From Nymphaea colorata (Eukaryota): 64,000 bases of DNA. The notes beneath the pieces are model-generated. The model searched no databases. It worked only from the letters and a program-made list of their open reading frames with translations, and was not told where the DNA came from. The stretch lies in assembly GCF_008831285.2 (NCBI RefSeq), contig NC_045138.2:10974001-11038000 (forward strand), in the 5' to 3' direction. The first letter of the stretch is position 1. Every line of letters starts with the position of its first letter. Below, piece after piece: positions 13,128-25,741 of this stretch. The translations under genes and the position numbers were made by a program.

Positions 13128-14060
13128 TAAGGACCTAAATGTCATTTATATCATTATGTGCTTGTAATTATAGTCATTGAAATTAATTTTTATATATGAA
13201 ATTAAAGGTCAATCTAAATAGACAAATTACAATTGTGCAAATGAAGGATATAGATTTTGTTTGTTTCATTATGTACTTGTGAATATAAACATTCAAATGA
13301 ATCTATATAGATGTAACTACAAGTTAACCTCGTTAGACATATTATAATTATGCAAATAAAAGACCTAGATTTTGTTCACCTTTTTACGTGCTTGTGACTA
13401 CAATCATTTAAATGAATCTCTATAAATATAATTACAAGTTTATCTCATTCAATGAACTACTACTGTACAAACAAACGACTTAGATCTCATTGAAGTATAA
13501 TATACTTGTGTTTATAATCATTCAAATGAATCTTGATACAAGTAATTACGAGTTAATCATGTTTGATGAGCTACAATTGTGCAAATAATGGACTTACATC
13601 TCATTCATAGAATTACATATTAGTGATTACAATCACTCAAACGAATATCTATCGACATAATTACAATTTAATCTTATTAGACAAACTATAATTATACAAT
13701 TGAAGGTCTCATAATTCCATTACATACTTGTCATTATAGTCATTACAATTACTCACTAGATCTTTATAGATGTAACTACAAGATAAACTTATGACTCAAA
13801 CTACAATTGTATAAATGAAAGGTTTAGATCTCATTCATTTCATTACATGCTTGTTATTAAATCATTTAAATGACAAATTAGTGTCATTAGTTGAACTACA
13901 ATGGTGTAAATGAAGAACCTAAATTTCGTTCGTTTCATAATCATTCATGTGAATCTTTATAAAAGTAATAACAAGTTAAACCTTATTATATGAATTACAA
14001 TTGTTCAAAGGAAGGGCATAAATCTCATTTGTTTCCATGCGTACCTATGTTTAAGAATAT
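13128..14060 (-). repeat. 115-bp tandem repeat, block B (about 8 monomers, reverse orientation)
   Basis: Reads as the reverse complement of the consensus, e.g. CAATTGTGCAAATGAAGGA and CATTATGTACTTGTGA. Confidence 0.9.
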
Positions 14061-14599
14061 TCAAAAGAACTTGTTGCTGTGACCCGTTTCAGCTTTGTCG
14101 GAAAGAAGTGCCTGAATGTTGAGTCTAATCTCCCATCTTTACTAGAATCTAAAACCTTAGAATATGTTAGGATGTATAATGTTTGTTACTTTGAATATCT
14201 TTTTAAACCGACTTCTTCTGTAAACTGGTCACTGGTTGATCCAATCGGACCCTGCCACACAAGAGCCCAGCCTGGAGTAACGAATGGTTATCTGGTGTGG
14301 CCTTCCGTTTGCAAAATTGGATTTTTGATGGCCCATAATGCTAGCCATGGCACTTGCTCTTGCCAGCTTTATGGAAGATACTAATAAACCAATAGAAAAC
14401 TTTATGAACCAGCCTTAAATCCATATGGTATCAACACAATTGACAACAAATCAGTTCAAAACCTTATGAGTCGATTCAAGTATGTCATAAACCAATTTTA
14501 CATGAATTGATTCAAAACATTTATTCCGGTCAAAATGTTGCTCTAGTAGGGTAAATTGGCTTGAAACCCTCATGCGTTGGTCTGAAATAGACCACAACC

Positions 14600-14950
14600 T
14601 ATATAAAGCTGTATAAATCAGCCCTAGATTTGCGATGACCAGATCCAATGCCTAGATGACCTGGTCTAGAACATCCTGAACCAGTTTCAAACCTTGTGCA
14701 TCGGAAAGGAAATGAACTGAAATAATTTCACAATCATATGAACCAGTCCTTAAGATGAGGCAAAATCACTCGAATGCTTCGTGAACTAGGACTATGTTAA
14801 CTGGTTCAAAATCGACTGAATTGGTTTAATACTGTATCAACCGGCTTCAATACCATATGAACCAGTTTGAAATCATCTCAACTGGTTCCAAGACTTTATG
14901 AACCGATTTGAGACTGCCAGGAGCCAGTTCCAAAGCTTTATGAACTGGGC
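14600..14950. repeat. Short degenerate tandem repeats (about 21 bp, GAACCAGTT core)
   Basis: Repeated AACCAGTT / AACTGGTT / AACCGATT motifs at roughly 20-bp spacing. Confidence 0.55.
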
Positions 14951-16399
14951 AAGGAAACCAAGAAGTGACAAAAAAGCTGGACAAATTGATTTTAAACCTA
15001 TACAAAATAGCTCATATAACAAATAGAGTAGGTTCTTCAAAGATCTATGAAAGCCTATTTTTTCCGATCTTGAATTCCATTGGACCCAATATGACCCAGA
15101 TTTTACTTTGATTGGATGTAATTCTTAATGGAGCATAATTTTTAAATCAGATACCTGACCCAGAAGAAACAATCTGGTCAACATTCTAAATCCATCCTCC
15201 AAGTCCAGTTCACAGTTGAATGAACCTAGGTTACATGACGACTGAAATTTGTGCTTCCGGCTGATCCGTGATACTTATTGGATATGCCTTGGTAATTCAA
15301 CACACATACACATTTACCTTTAAATGCAAAAATCCAAAATCGAAGCATTGGCCACGATTGGTTCTGATCTATTAACTTTATTAGATCGGTCCACCCGAAA
15401 ATCCCATACTCCTGGTCTAATATCTATCACATGGATCCATACCCATAAATAATTGAAAAACGAGCCGTTCTACTTTATGGGATCCATTAATGTATGAATT
15501 GAGGCCAATATGGATCCAAATCATGTATACTTTGATCTGGTCCTAAAATATCTTGAACCAGTTCCAAGCCGGCCATATGAACCATTGAAAGACTAGAAGA
15601 TCCAATTTATGAATTAAAACAATCAAGCTTTGATCAACCAAGATCCAACCGAAAATGCAATGGATCAATTTAACTATATTTCTTCACCTTTATTGAGTGG
15701 ACTCTAAAGATGTTAGATCCAATCTCAATTAAACTGAATGCACCCCGAACAGATTCAAGTAGGGATCCAAAAGAAATTGGATGGTTGGGTAAAAAAAAAA
15801 AGATGGATCCACATAAAAGATTCCAACATCCGTAGTTGATTTTTCACCAAATGGATGTAGATGCCAAGAAACTGAATTCAGACCCAAAAATGATCCATTA
15901 TTCCTTATTGGATCTAGATTGGTAGGTGAGTCTAAAAGAACCTTTATCCAGATCCGATTATGAGATCTGCTCATTAAATGAATCTGGGTTGTAAATTAAT
16001 TAGATTTGTATCGTACATGACCCATAGATGGGAATTGACCAAGAAGTATTAAGATCCACTTCCAAAATCTTTACTCCAGATCTGTTTTAAATCAAATGGA
16101 CCTGAGTCGCAAGAGAACAGGATTTTGACTCGTATGTGATCATGAATTCTTTATTTGTATCTGGAAAAATAAACTTGATGAACTACACATCTAGCTTAGA
16201 TGGAAGAGAGTATGAGACTGACCATTCTTGATATAGACCCAACCTGATCCGGAACATCTCATTCAGATCTGAAAAGAAAAAAAAACTTGAATTTGGAATA
16301 ATTATTGAACTTCTAGATCCAGTCCAATTGAAAATGACGGGATCGTGTCTAAAGCAACAAATGCAAAATATACATATATAAGGAATCACATTTCAGCAT

Positions 16400-16598
16400 A
16401 CAGCCGAAGTTAGAGGGCCATAAGGGCCTTGGCTCTACCCCACCTCGCCCTCAGATTTTTTTTAATTTACATGTAAATTTGAAAAAAAGTTATTTATCCT
16501 ATATAAAAAATTTGGAAAAATTATATTTCAATCCTTAAGAAAAGTTTGAAACCATATTTTGACCCCCCTCATGAAAAATTAGTGGTTCCACCCTCTGG
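16400..16598. mobile_element. Degenerate short MITE (hAT-like)
   Basis: GC-rich ends (...GGTTCCACCCTCTG) around an AT-rich core containing the AATTTACATGTAAATT dyad. Left TIR eroded and no TSD seen. Confidence 0.45.
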
Positions 16599-16686
16599 TT
16601 CAGCTAATGTCAGATTTTAATCCATAACTTACACAGAAAATTTGACCAGATGGGTTCAAGTTATGAGTACAATGAGATCAAAATGA

Positions 16687-17350
16687 AGGCCGAGTTTGGA
16701 TGTGATTCTTAAACGAGGTTTTGTGACGAAAAAATTCGTTTTGCCAAACCCTGTTTCTGGATTGTCCGGGCAACAACAAAACTGGGTATCCCAAAACCTA
16801 GTTTTGTATAAAATGTGTTACAACCAGGTTTCGGAAAACCTGAGCCCTCCCCCACCAATTTTTGGCCCCAAGACGATCTTTTTTTTTGAGTAGGGGGCAG
16901 GTGACTTTTCTTGATCAATTATTGTTTGTGTTAAAGATTTCTAAATGCTCTATTGTTGGATGACAAATGCAACTAATATGAGCTTCACGTCCTTGTGGAA
17001 ATGGGCCAAAGAGAAACTCATATATACCCCACCCTCTTAATAGCTTTTGCACATGAAACGAAAATAAGAAGCCACTCCAAGAGTGGAACGAAAAGGAATT
17101 TGAAAGCTTACGGTCAATGACATGAAGCACATACTTTGCTGCACAAAGTAGGCTGCTTAACAATCGGAGACTTAGAAACCTGGTTTTTGTCATCCAAACA
17201 GAAACCAGATTTAAAAAGTAAAAACTTAGTTTTGAATGGTGTCATCCAAACAGGCAAACCAAGTTTTCAAACCTGGTTTAGAAAACAAGGTTTGCACAAA
17301 ACCTCGTTTCATCATAACCATGCTTTTGGGGGATGTCATCTAAACACCCT
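16687..17350. mobile_element. PIF/Harbinger (Tourist-like) MITE
   Basis: Imperfect TIRs GGCCGAGTTTGGATG ... CATCTAAACACCC, with mirrored subterminal motifs (AAACGAGGTTTTGTG / CACAAAACCTCGTTT). Confidence 0.65.
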
Positions 17351-18105
17351 CAAATGCTTCAAAACATACTCAACTTCAAGTCAATAACCTTTAATGCATT
17401 TTACAAGACAAAACACATATTGCAATCATCCATACAAGATTAAATCAGTTCTGAAGTTTGGATCCTTGAATGGATCATGAGTCATGACCCGATAAAACAA
17501 AGAAATTGGGACTTCAAACTGAGACACTCGACCTTTGGTGAGGGTTGAACATGCAGCCACACTCCTCACAACCAGAGCTGCTGCCTCATTACCCGCAAGT
17601 CGGCAAACCCAACACCAGAGCTGCTGCCTCATTTGCAGCGTTTCTATTGCCTTCCCCTTCGCAAAAGAGTAGGGACCAAGGCTGCGATCAGGCAGGGCAG
17701 GCTTGCTGTAGATGGGGGAAGAAGAGGGTGCAGAGAGAGCCTTCGAGGGCATCTACTCCGTGCAGGCAGCCGTCCTTCTGCTAGAAAAGGGAGATGAAAA
17801 GAGTGCAGGGCCACCCCATGCGGCCCCCATGTATATCCTTCATGTGCATTACAGGTGAGAGCGGGCGATCGGGGCACTACCTAGCACTGTGGTAGAGAAG
17901 AGGGAGGGCACCATTGGGAGCCTCACCCTTGTCCTGCTTGCTGGAAATGGAAGGGAAAAGGCCCATTGGGCATCCCAATGGCCCTACTCCTCTGCCGTTG
18001 GAAAAAAACAACTCGAAGCCAATGGTCCAATGGATGGCCTCCTTGCGGGCCCTCTGTTTAGTTGAAACAGTGGGATGGCCATGAGGCCCTCCCGCTCCCT
18101 GCCAT

Positions 18106-18398
18106 TAGAGGTGGGCTAGGCCTGGCCGCTGGTGGGGGCCCCCTACCCGGCTCCATACAGGCCAGGGCCTAATGTGCCGGCCCGGATCGGCTCGATCCAG
18201 CTTGATTAAATTTTAAATTTTTTTATTATTAAAAAATATATTTTATATTCATAAAATATATTTTATATTTTAAAATAATTTTTTATTTGAATTGGGCCAG
18301 ACCAGGCCCGGAATTTGGGTATCGGACCCGACTTGTAAGAATCGGGATGGACCCAACCCGGTTCTTACCGGGACTGGCCGGCCCGATGCCCACCCCTA
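18106..18398. mobile_element. hAT-type MITE, 293 bp
   Basis: TIRs TAGAGGTGGGC / GCCCACCCCTA; perfect 8-bp TSD CCTGCCAT (18098-18105 and 18399-18406); GGCCCG-rich subtermini around an AT-rich core. Confidence 0.92.
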
Positions 18399-19099
18399 CC
18401 TGCCATCGATAGGCAAAAATAACTATATGTATGCCCAAAAACAAGGATATATATGTGCAGTAGATTGTTTTAACCTAAAAATCCAGTACCCCAATGGAAT
18501 CCCAAAGCTAGACCCATATGCCACCAAGTTTATAGTTGTCCATCAAAATGCAAAAAATGATAGAGTCAAGACCTTATTGATCTTTAACAGAGTCTGGGAA
18601 CCCTACAGAGTTAATAGAATAATGTGAAGGTTCTCAATTACTTCTTGGAGATGACACTTTAAATTAGTATCTAATGGAGAATATTCGTTATATCTTCCAC
18701 ATTCCAAAGATATGAACTTAAATATTCCCATGTTCAGTAGTCTAGAAGATCCCAGATGAGGCCAGCAAGGAGATCTATGTCAAAGAAGTTCTATATAAGA
18801 GCTTGAGATTGATTATGAGCAATCCTAAGATGAATCCAAAGGAGGATAGCTGAATCTAAATCACAAGATTCATAAGTGAAATTTTATGAGCACAACCAAG
18901 ATATGTTGACCACACAATTCTTGACAATGATGATGACAACAAGTGCTTTAACGACACCAAATTTCATGATATAGTTGCTTATGCAGCCATGTTTGATGCC
19001 ATCTCCAACAAAAAAAAAAAAAGAAGATTTGGGAGGATGAGTCTTGTTTTGTCTAGAAAAATAAAATAACCTCAAATGAAAATGAGGTCATGAATCCAA

Positions 19100-19900
19100 T
19101 CTGACAGACATTTGATATCTATAGCAAGAATATCGTAAGAAATTTCAGAATTATACTTTGCTTTAATTAAACAAGAAGCAAAACTGTTGGTGCAGAACAA
19201 AGAGGTTTCTTTTTCTACTTTAAAGAAGTGTGACCTTTATCTGCTGCCGAATCACATGATGAAGATTCCGAGAGCAATAAAACAAACTGAGGTCTAGTTT
19301 TCAATTCAAGAAAATTGAATTAGGCCAGTATTTCTACACCAAGGATGATGTACAAATCTTGGTAGCAAAGAATTACAAATTTGTCTAAATTGAGGACATA
19401 AATTTGGTGGCAAAATCAATATATTCTACCATACCATAAAGATGTACTTTTGATCTTCTATTGTGAAAATAAAGATGGAAGTAACAAAAGAAGGATACCT
19501 ACATTGATATCTAATGATTGGAGATTCTTGAACTATAAAAAAAAAGAAGGTGGAGTATGTTGTCCTCTAAATATCGAGAGCTCCATGCACTAAGACAAAC
19601 TCAATTACACTTGCAGCCTACAAAGACGTTGATCATGCCACCAGTGCTTCCAACAATAAGAGTATTCTTTGAAAAGAAATACAATCTAAATAGAATTTCA
19701 TAGTAAAAATGATAATGACGGTATCGACAAGCCAACTAGAGAAAGTTAGCTATGCAACAAGTGGCAAATGGCCTCTGGAAATGATCTATTCAACCACCAG
19801 TAAACAACCGAACAAGGTAGTTGACTTATCCTATCCATTGGAGTCCACATGCTGAAAAACATTTCAAGAGAATAGAATAGTAACTTGAGGTGGTATATGT
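19100..19900 (+). pseudogene. Highly decayed MuDR/Mutator-like transposase N-terminal region (tentative)
   Basis: Manual translation across frames gives IELGQYFYTKDDVQILV, VCCPLNI, NYTC and KVSYAT...PLEMIY. These resemble, in order, MuDRA motifs (G..F.sk, CpwrI, nHTC, VSY..a.....AlEmIyG). Confidence 0.4.
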
Positions 19901-20069
19901 CAATATGGAGGCAATTGGATTTTAGCTAGAAGAAGACATAAAGAACTTTAGGTCAAAAGAGAAAGATGCCTTAGCAAGTCATACAAAAAATCTCTCTATG
20001 GGGCAAGATGGAAGTCTCTACTCATTTAACGATCATACCAACAACATTGTAGCTACAATAAGTCTAAAA

Positions 20070-20530
20070 CAATGGCCTTTGTAGAATTCTATTTTATACG
20101 GATTTTGGTGGGAAAATGATACATTAGAATAAATAGCCAAAATTAGAAGACATATGGTGTCCCTCATATCAGAATTACCCTTTTTGAATGTAGACACATT
20201 TCAAGCACTAAAGGTTGTAAAAATTATAGAATATGGGGTCAACATTTATATATCATTGTAACCCAAAAGAAGATTATTACAAAAGCAACATGGAAAATAA
20301 CCTTTATAGAATTAATTTTATGTGGATTTTGGAGAGAAGACACAAAGGGTAAATGATACATTAGAATAAATAGTTGTAATTTAGAAGACATGTGGTGTCC
20401 CTAGTATCTGAATTACCCATTCTGAATATAGGCACATGTCAAACATTAAAAGTTGTAAAAATTGTAGAGTATGGGCTCTCAACACTTATATATCATTGTA
20501 ACCTAAAAGATGATGACCCCAAATCGACAT
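20070..20530 (+). repeat. Tandem duplication, unit about 235 bp
   Basis: AAATGATACATTAGAATAAATAG...TATATATCATTGTAACC occurs at about 20114 and about 20351. Confidence 0.88.
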
Positions 20531-20782
20531 GTTGAATAATGACATATACACTACCTGGTAGAGTAGCTAATTGGTTAAAATATCAATCAGAAGAGAAGAA
20601 ACAAGCCATCATGCAAGAAGAACTAGCAGCATTGGGAAATAGAATCATTTTAAGTTCCAACCAAACCTGATGAACCATCAATCATCTTATTGACTCATGT
20701 TTATTGAAAGATGACTAAAAGATTTGAGCCAGTATAAGCAATAAGCCCAAGATCATTTGAATGAAGCATATCGATCTAGAGC

Positions 20783-21900
20783 TCTATGAAGATTCATTTG
20801 AATGATTATAATGATAAGTACAAAATGATATGAATGAGATTTAGGTCCTTCATTTGTATGATTAAGTCGTTCTCTAATTTTAACTTGTAACTACATCTAC
20901 AGAGATTCAATTAAATGACTATAATTCCATATGCATAATGATGCATATGATATCTAAGTCCTTCATTTAAACAATTGTAGTTTATCTAATGTAATTAACT
21001 TATAATTATATTAGGAGAGAATAAATTGATTCAATGGTAATTATAAATAAAAAACAAAAGGAATGAAATGTAGGTCATTCATTTGCATAATTATTATTCA
21101 CCCAATGAGTTTAACTTGCAAGTACATCTATAGAAATTCATTTAAGTAATTATAATCACAAGAATGTAATGTCAATAACAAAATCTAAGTCCTTCAATTG
21201 GACAATTGTAATTTATTTTATGAGTTTAACTCGTAGTTAGATATATAATGATTCGTTTGAATAATTGTGATCACAAATACATAATGATATAAATGAGATT
21301 TAGGTCATTCATTTGCTCAATTATAGTTCTGTTACAGAGATTCATTTATATATATGTATACAAGGATTCATTAAATTTTTATAATCAGAATAATGTAATG
21401 ATATGACCGAGACTTAGGTTCTTCATTTGCTCAATTGTATATTGTCTAGTGAGATTAACTCTTAATGATAGGCATGAATGTTTATTTAAATGATTATGAT
21501 CACAAGTGTATAATGAAATTTCAGTCTTTCATTTGCTCAATTGTAATTTGTACAATATAATTAACTTATAATTACATCTACAAGAATTCATTTAAATTAT
21601 TTGGATCACAAGTATAAAATGTTACAAATGAAATTTAGCTCTTTCTTTTGCACAATTATAGTTCATTGAATGATTTTAAGTGCTTCATTCAAATTGTTTA
21701 AGCAGTAATTATAGTTATAATTATTCATTGGAATGTTTATAATTACAAGAATGCAATGAAGTGAATGAGATTTAAGTCCTTAATTTGTATATTTGTACTT
21801 AATCCAATGATATTAACTTCTAATGATATCCATATTGATTTATTTACATTATTTCAATTATAAGTACATAATGAAAAGATTGAGGTCATAATTTGCATAA
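20783..21900 (+). repeat. 115-bp tandem repeat, block C (about 10 monomers)
   Basis: Matches the same consensus as block A. Confidence 0.92.
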
Positions 21901-24505
21901 TCTTGAAGATCCATTTGCACCCAATATTGGTAAAGGTCCGGTCAGGTGGAACAAGAGTCCGCGTTCCATTTTGATGAAGGGCTTGCATCTCCTTTGCCAT
22001 AGCCTCTTGCCAATGGATTGTCTTGAGGGCTTGAACATAAGTTCTTGGTTCCTGGTCGGAGTAATATTAGGTGACAAGAGCAGTGGGAAGTGGGTAGGTT
22101 GTTGAAAATGAGGATTTTGGTCTTCTCGTAACATCTTGGGAGTGGGTGATCATGCCTAGGCTTCGAAGAGGGGGCACAACTGTAGGTGGAGGGATGGCTG
22201 ACTCGTCGAGTATAAGAGGTGTAGCTAGAGTGGCATTTGGGTCACATGTGGGGCTAGGTTGAGATGATGGTGGTGGCTGATTTGAGATAGACTTGGTTGT
22301 GGGAGGTATCATATGTTAAAAAAATGGGTATTGATGTGGTGGTACGATGAGTATCATGGAGTTGATTTGGTTGTTTGAGAAATGGAAAGTTTGACTCATT
22401 GAACACAATGCGTCTGCTGATAATGATTTTGGAATTTTGGAGGTTGTAGCATAGATAACCCTTGTGAACATTTGAGTATCCAAGAAAGGCATGTTTGGAG
22501 GACTTAGGTTGAAGCTTGTGATGACGATAAGGTTGTAAGTTTGGGTAGGCGGCACAGCCAAACACTCGCATGAAGTTATAATTTGGAGGTATTTTAGTAA
22601 AACTTTAAGTGGGGACTTGCCTTTGAGACCTGTTGTAGGAACGTAGTTCAATAAATATGCTGCTATGTTGAATGCATAAGTCCATAATTCCACTAGAACA
22701 CCTCCATTTTTAAAAAGAGAGATACTTATTTCAACATGGGTGCGATGTTTCCTTTCAGCTGTGCCATTCTACTCATAGAGGACATGAATTTTTTTTTTAT
22801 ACCATGATCTTGAAAGAACTTGTGAAGAGCTGCATACTCACCACCACCGTTAGATTGGAAAATTTTAACTTTTGCATTAAATATATTTTCGACTTTCAAC
22901 TTGAATGCTTTAAAAGTCTTTTCAACATAGACTTATATGCCAGAAAATAAATCCATGTATACTTCGAGTATTCACCTATAAAGGAGACATAGTATCAATA
23001 TTTGTCTTTGCTAATCATGGGCGTCGGACCCCATATATCCGAGTGAACCACTTCAAGTGTTTTAGTGGCTTTGTGATCGGATTGAGTAAATGGAAGAGCA
23101 TGTGATTTTCGAGATTGACAAGCATCACAAATATTATTGTTTTTGGCATCACAATAAAAAGGAAGTTTAAATTTTTTTCAAAATAAAATGAACATTATTC
23201 AAGGCAGTGTGTCCAAGTCTAGTGTGTCATCTATTGATTGTCGTCCATTCTCCATAGAGTGCCACCTTTTCAGTTTGTGCTGATTGCTTTCTGGTTGTGG
23301 GAGTTGGAGATGATAGAGGCCATTGTCACTCTTTCCTTGTAGGATCACCACCCCTGTACGCCGGTCCTTCACCGCACAATGATGGGTAGAAAATTCAAAC
23401 AAAACTTGATTATTCTTGCAACATTTATTCACAGATAACATATTATGAACCATCTTGGGAGCATGAAGAATATCACGCAGAGCAACAATAGATTTAGGAA
23501 GACGAAAGAGAGCTGACCCAATGTTTTTAATACATACACCTAATTTGTCCCCAACTTTAATGGTGTTGTTCCCTTCATAAGGTTTATAAATGTTCATCAA
23601 TCCGAAAGAATTGGTGATGTGATGGGTCACTCTTGTGTCATGGATCCAATTTGTATCATCTAACATATGAGCAATGGAGTGATATACCTAAGCATTTGAG
23701 GATGATGACGCGTTCGAGTTGGTAGTTGCTGCTTCGGTGTTATCTTTCCTTGCTATTTTAAAGCAGTTCTTGGCACTATGGCCCTTTTTATCACAAAACT
23801 GACATATAATATGATTTCTTCCACCGTAATCAGATCTGCCACGTTTGAAATCAGACCTGTCTCGGCCTTTACCACAACCCCTTTGAAGCGTTGAGGGCTG
23901 TCTTCTATCAAAATTTTTCCTAATTGTTGAATATGGTTGGGCATAATGAGTAGCAGGGGCAAATGTTTCATGCTCAAGATCTTGTTCTTTGAGTTGTGTT
24001 TCTTGTGTGAGAAGAAGACCATGCAAATCACTGAGAGGTATCAGATCTACACGAGTGGTCAGAGATGTTTTGAAGGTTGAGCATTCTCGAGGAAGTCCTG
24101 TCAGGATATGCATAATTAAATCTTCCTCTTCTACTAGTTTTGAAGCAATGGCGAGTTGGTGAGCCAACATCTTGGCTTTATAGACATAGTCATCCATAGT
24201 TAAGTTCCCTTTCCGAAGTCCTTGAAGTTGTTCCTTGAGTTGCCTGATTCTTGAGCGGGAATGGGCAGCGTTTAAGAGCAGTCCATACTTCATATGACAT
24301 TTTAAGCCCAACAGCTTGTGCAAGTACCATTTCAAACAGTGAATAAATAATACAACTTAAGATAAGTTGGTCTTATTTCATCCATGTCACATATTCAAGA
24401 TTAATGGACTAGGATTTCTCATCACTACTAGTGATATATTTTTTTGGAAAAAGTTTAGAGTCATCAATGAACCCAAGTAAATCATATGAATATAGCAGAG
24501 ATAAG

Positions 24506-25001
24506 CTATGTCACCGCGGTACGACATATTGACCCGCGTACCGGTACGCCGGTATGGCAGAACCGGTACCGCGGTACGCGGTGGTACGTTTGGATCTGGT
24601 TTCAGGTCAAAACCAGATCCAAACCAAGTTTACCCGAAAAAAATGTTTTAAAACAGAGCTCTTCTCACCTGTTGACGTCTCCCACCACCAACTTACAAAC
24701 ACAATGAGCGAAAACATTCTTATATGTTAGTTTCTTATAAAGAAGCTTCTTTAGTCCTGTCTGAAACAGGAAACTAATATATAACAATGTTTCCACTTTT
24801 CATGCATGTAAGTCATTGTGAAGGTTCGTTTTTATGATATGGTGTTTTTTTTCTTCATAATTTATAATTTTTTTAATTAAAAAATTAACTTTATTGCATA
24901 AAATTTACACCGTACCCGTACCATAAATTTCAAAAATGCCATACCAGTACCTGTTTTCTCGTACCCGTACCAACACCCGTACCCGTACCCAGGTGACATA
25001 G
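24506..25001. mobile_element. hAT-type MITE (496 bp) inserted in copia gag
   Basis: Perfect 10-bp TIRs CTATGTCACC / GGTGACATAG; perfect 8-bp TSD GAGATAAG (24498-24505 and 25002-25009); GTACC(C/G) subterminal repeats. Removing it restores the gag frame QFLS-LLYSYDLLGFID. Confidence 0.93.
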
Positions 25002-25361
25002 GAGATAAGAATTGAGATTCCCATAATAGAAAGTTGTCTACAGTCAACTTGATGTTCAAATATTATTGTAGAGTGGTTGGTGCAAGCAATAAAGGTAGAG
25101 TAGTACCTTGCAATGACATCCCTGTTAGATCACCGTTTGATGCCATGGTGAACCAAGAAGATGAGGATGCCAGCTAATGAAAAACGAGCACCAACCAATG
25201 GACTTAGTATCAGTATCAATATGAGACTCAAGCCACTAGAACCGGTAGAAGATGAACTTGAGGAGATAGCGATGTGATCACACGCCAATACAAAATTGCA
25301 GCAGGGTCACGCTGATTTCCAGTCAATCAAGCTCCAACACAAGTGAATGCACAAACAACCA

Positions 25362-25741
25362 TGATAAAATTCAAGCATAGAAAATATAAGTCACTCACGA
25401 TTTAACGTGGTTCAGAGTATTGTTCTCCTACATCCACAACGATCCTCTCTCACCTTATCTCAGTAGGTGAGATTCCATTATTATGTATCGGAAATGTTAC
25501 ATTAAAGGTAATCTTGGAAAGATGTCTTTCTTTTGGTTTACACATTGATTGATTCATGCATTGGGATTTAATTTCCTTTGCAGGTTTGACAGTTTTCCTT
25601 TTCTTGTTGTTGTAATCAAGGGATCGTGAATTTCCATTCTCCTTAACTTTCTTTCATTTTTCATGAGCACGATTTTGTCTATGTGATGCATTTCCAAAAT
25701 CAGCTCCAGATTGGGCACTCATTTGATCTTATATGCTAACA
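25362..25741 (-). repeat. 5' LTR of the copia element (380 bp)
   Basis: TGATAAAA...GCTAACA next to a disrupted tRNA-Met PBS; contains the TTAACGTGGTTC...CCTACATCCAC block, with a similar block in the LTR at 31759. Confidence 0.75.

Larger units (their letters stand above)
21901..25741 (-). mobile_element. Ty1/copia retrotransposon with 5' LTR, gag, protease and integrase, truncated at the start of RT
   Basis: gag: ATG at 25146, IKLTVDNFLLWESQ, RIRQLKEQLQGLRKG, zinc knuckle CQFCDKKGHSAKNC. Protease: WIHDTRVTHHIT. Integrase and downstream: RVFGCAAYP...FLGYS..HKGYLC. RT start GCKWIFK at about 21902-21925. LTR 25362-25741 reads TG...CA. Confidence 0.93.

Noticed and set aside
18410..20000. Endogenous viral (caulimovirid-like) fragment
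   Set aside because: Purine-rich and coding-like, but I found no movement, capsid or RT motifs; the few motifs fit MuDR better.
23688..24335. 215-aa ORF as a host gene
   Set aside because: It is copia gag with a CCHC knuckle, interrupted upstream by a MITE and frameshifts.
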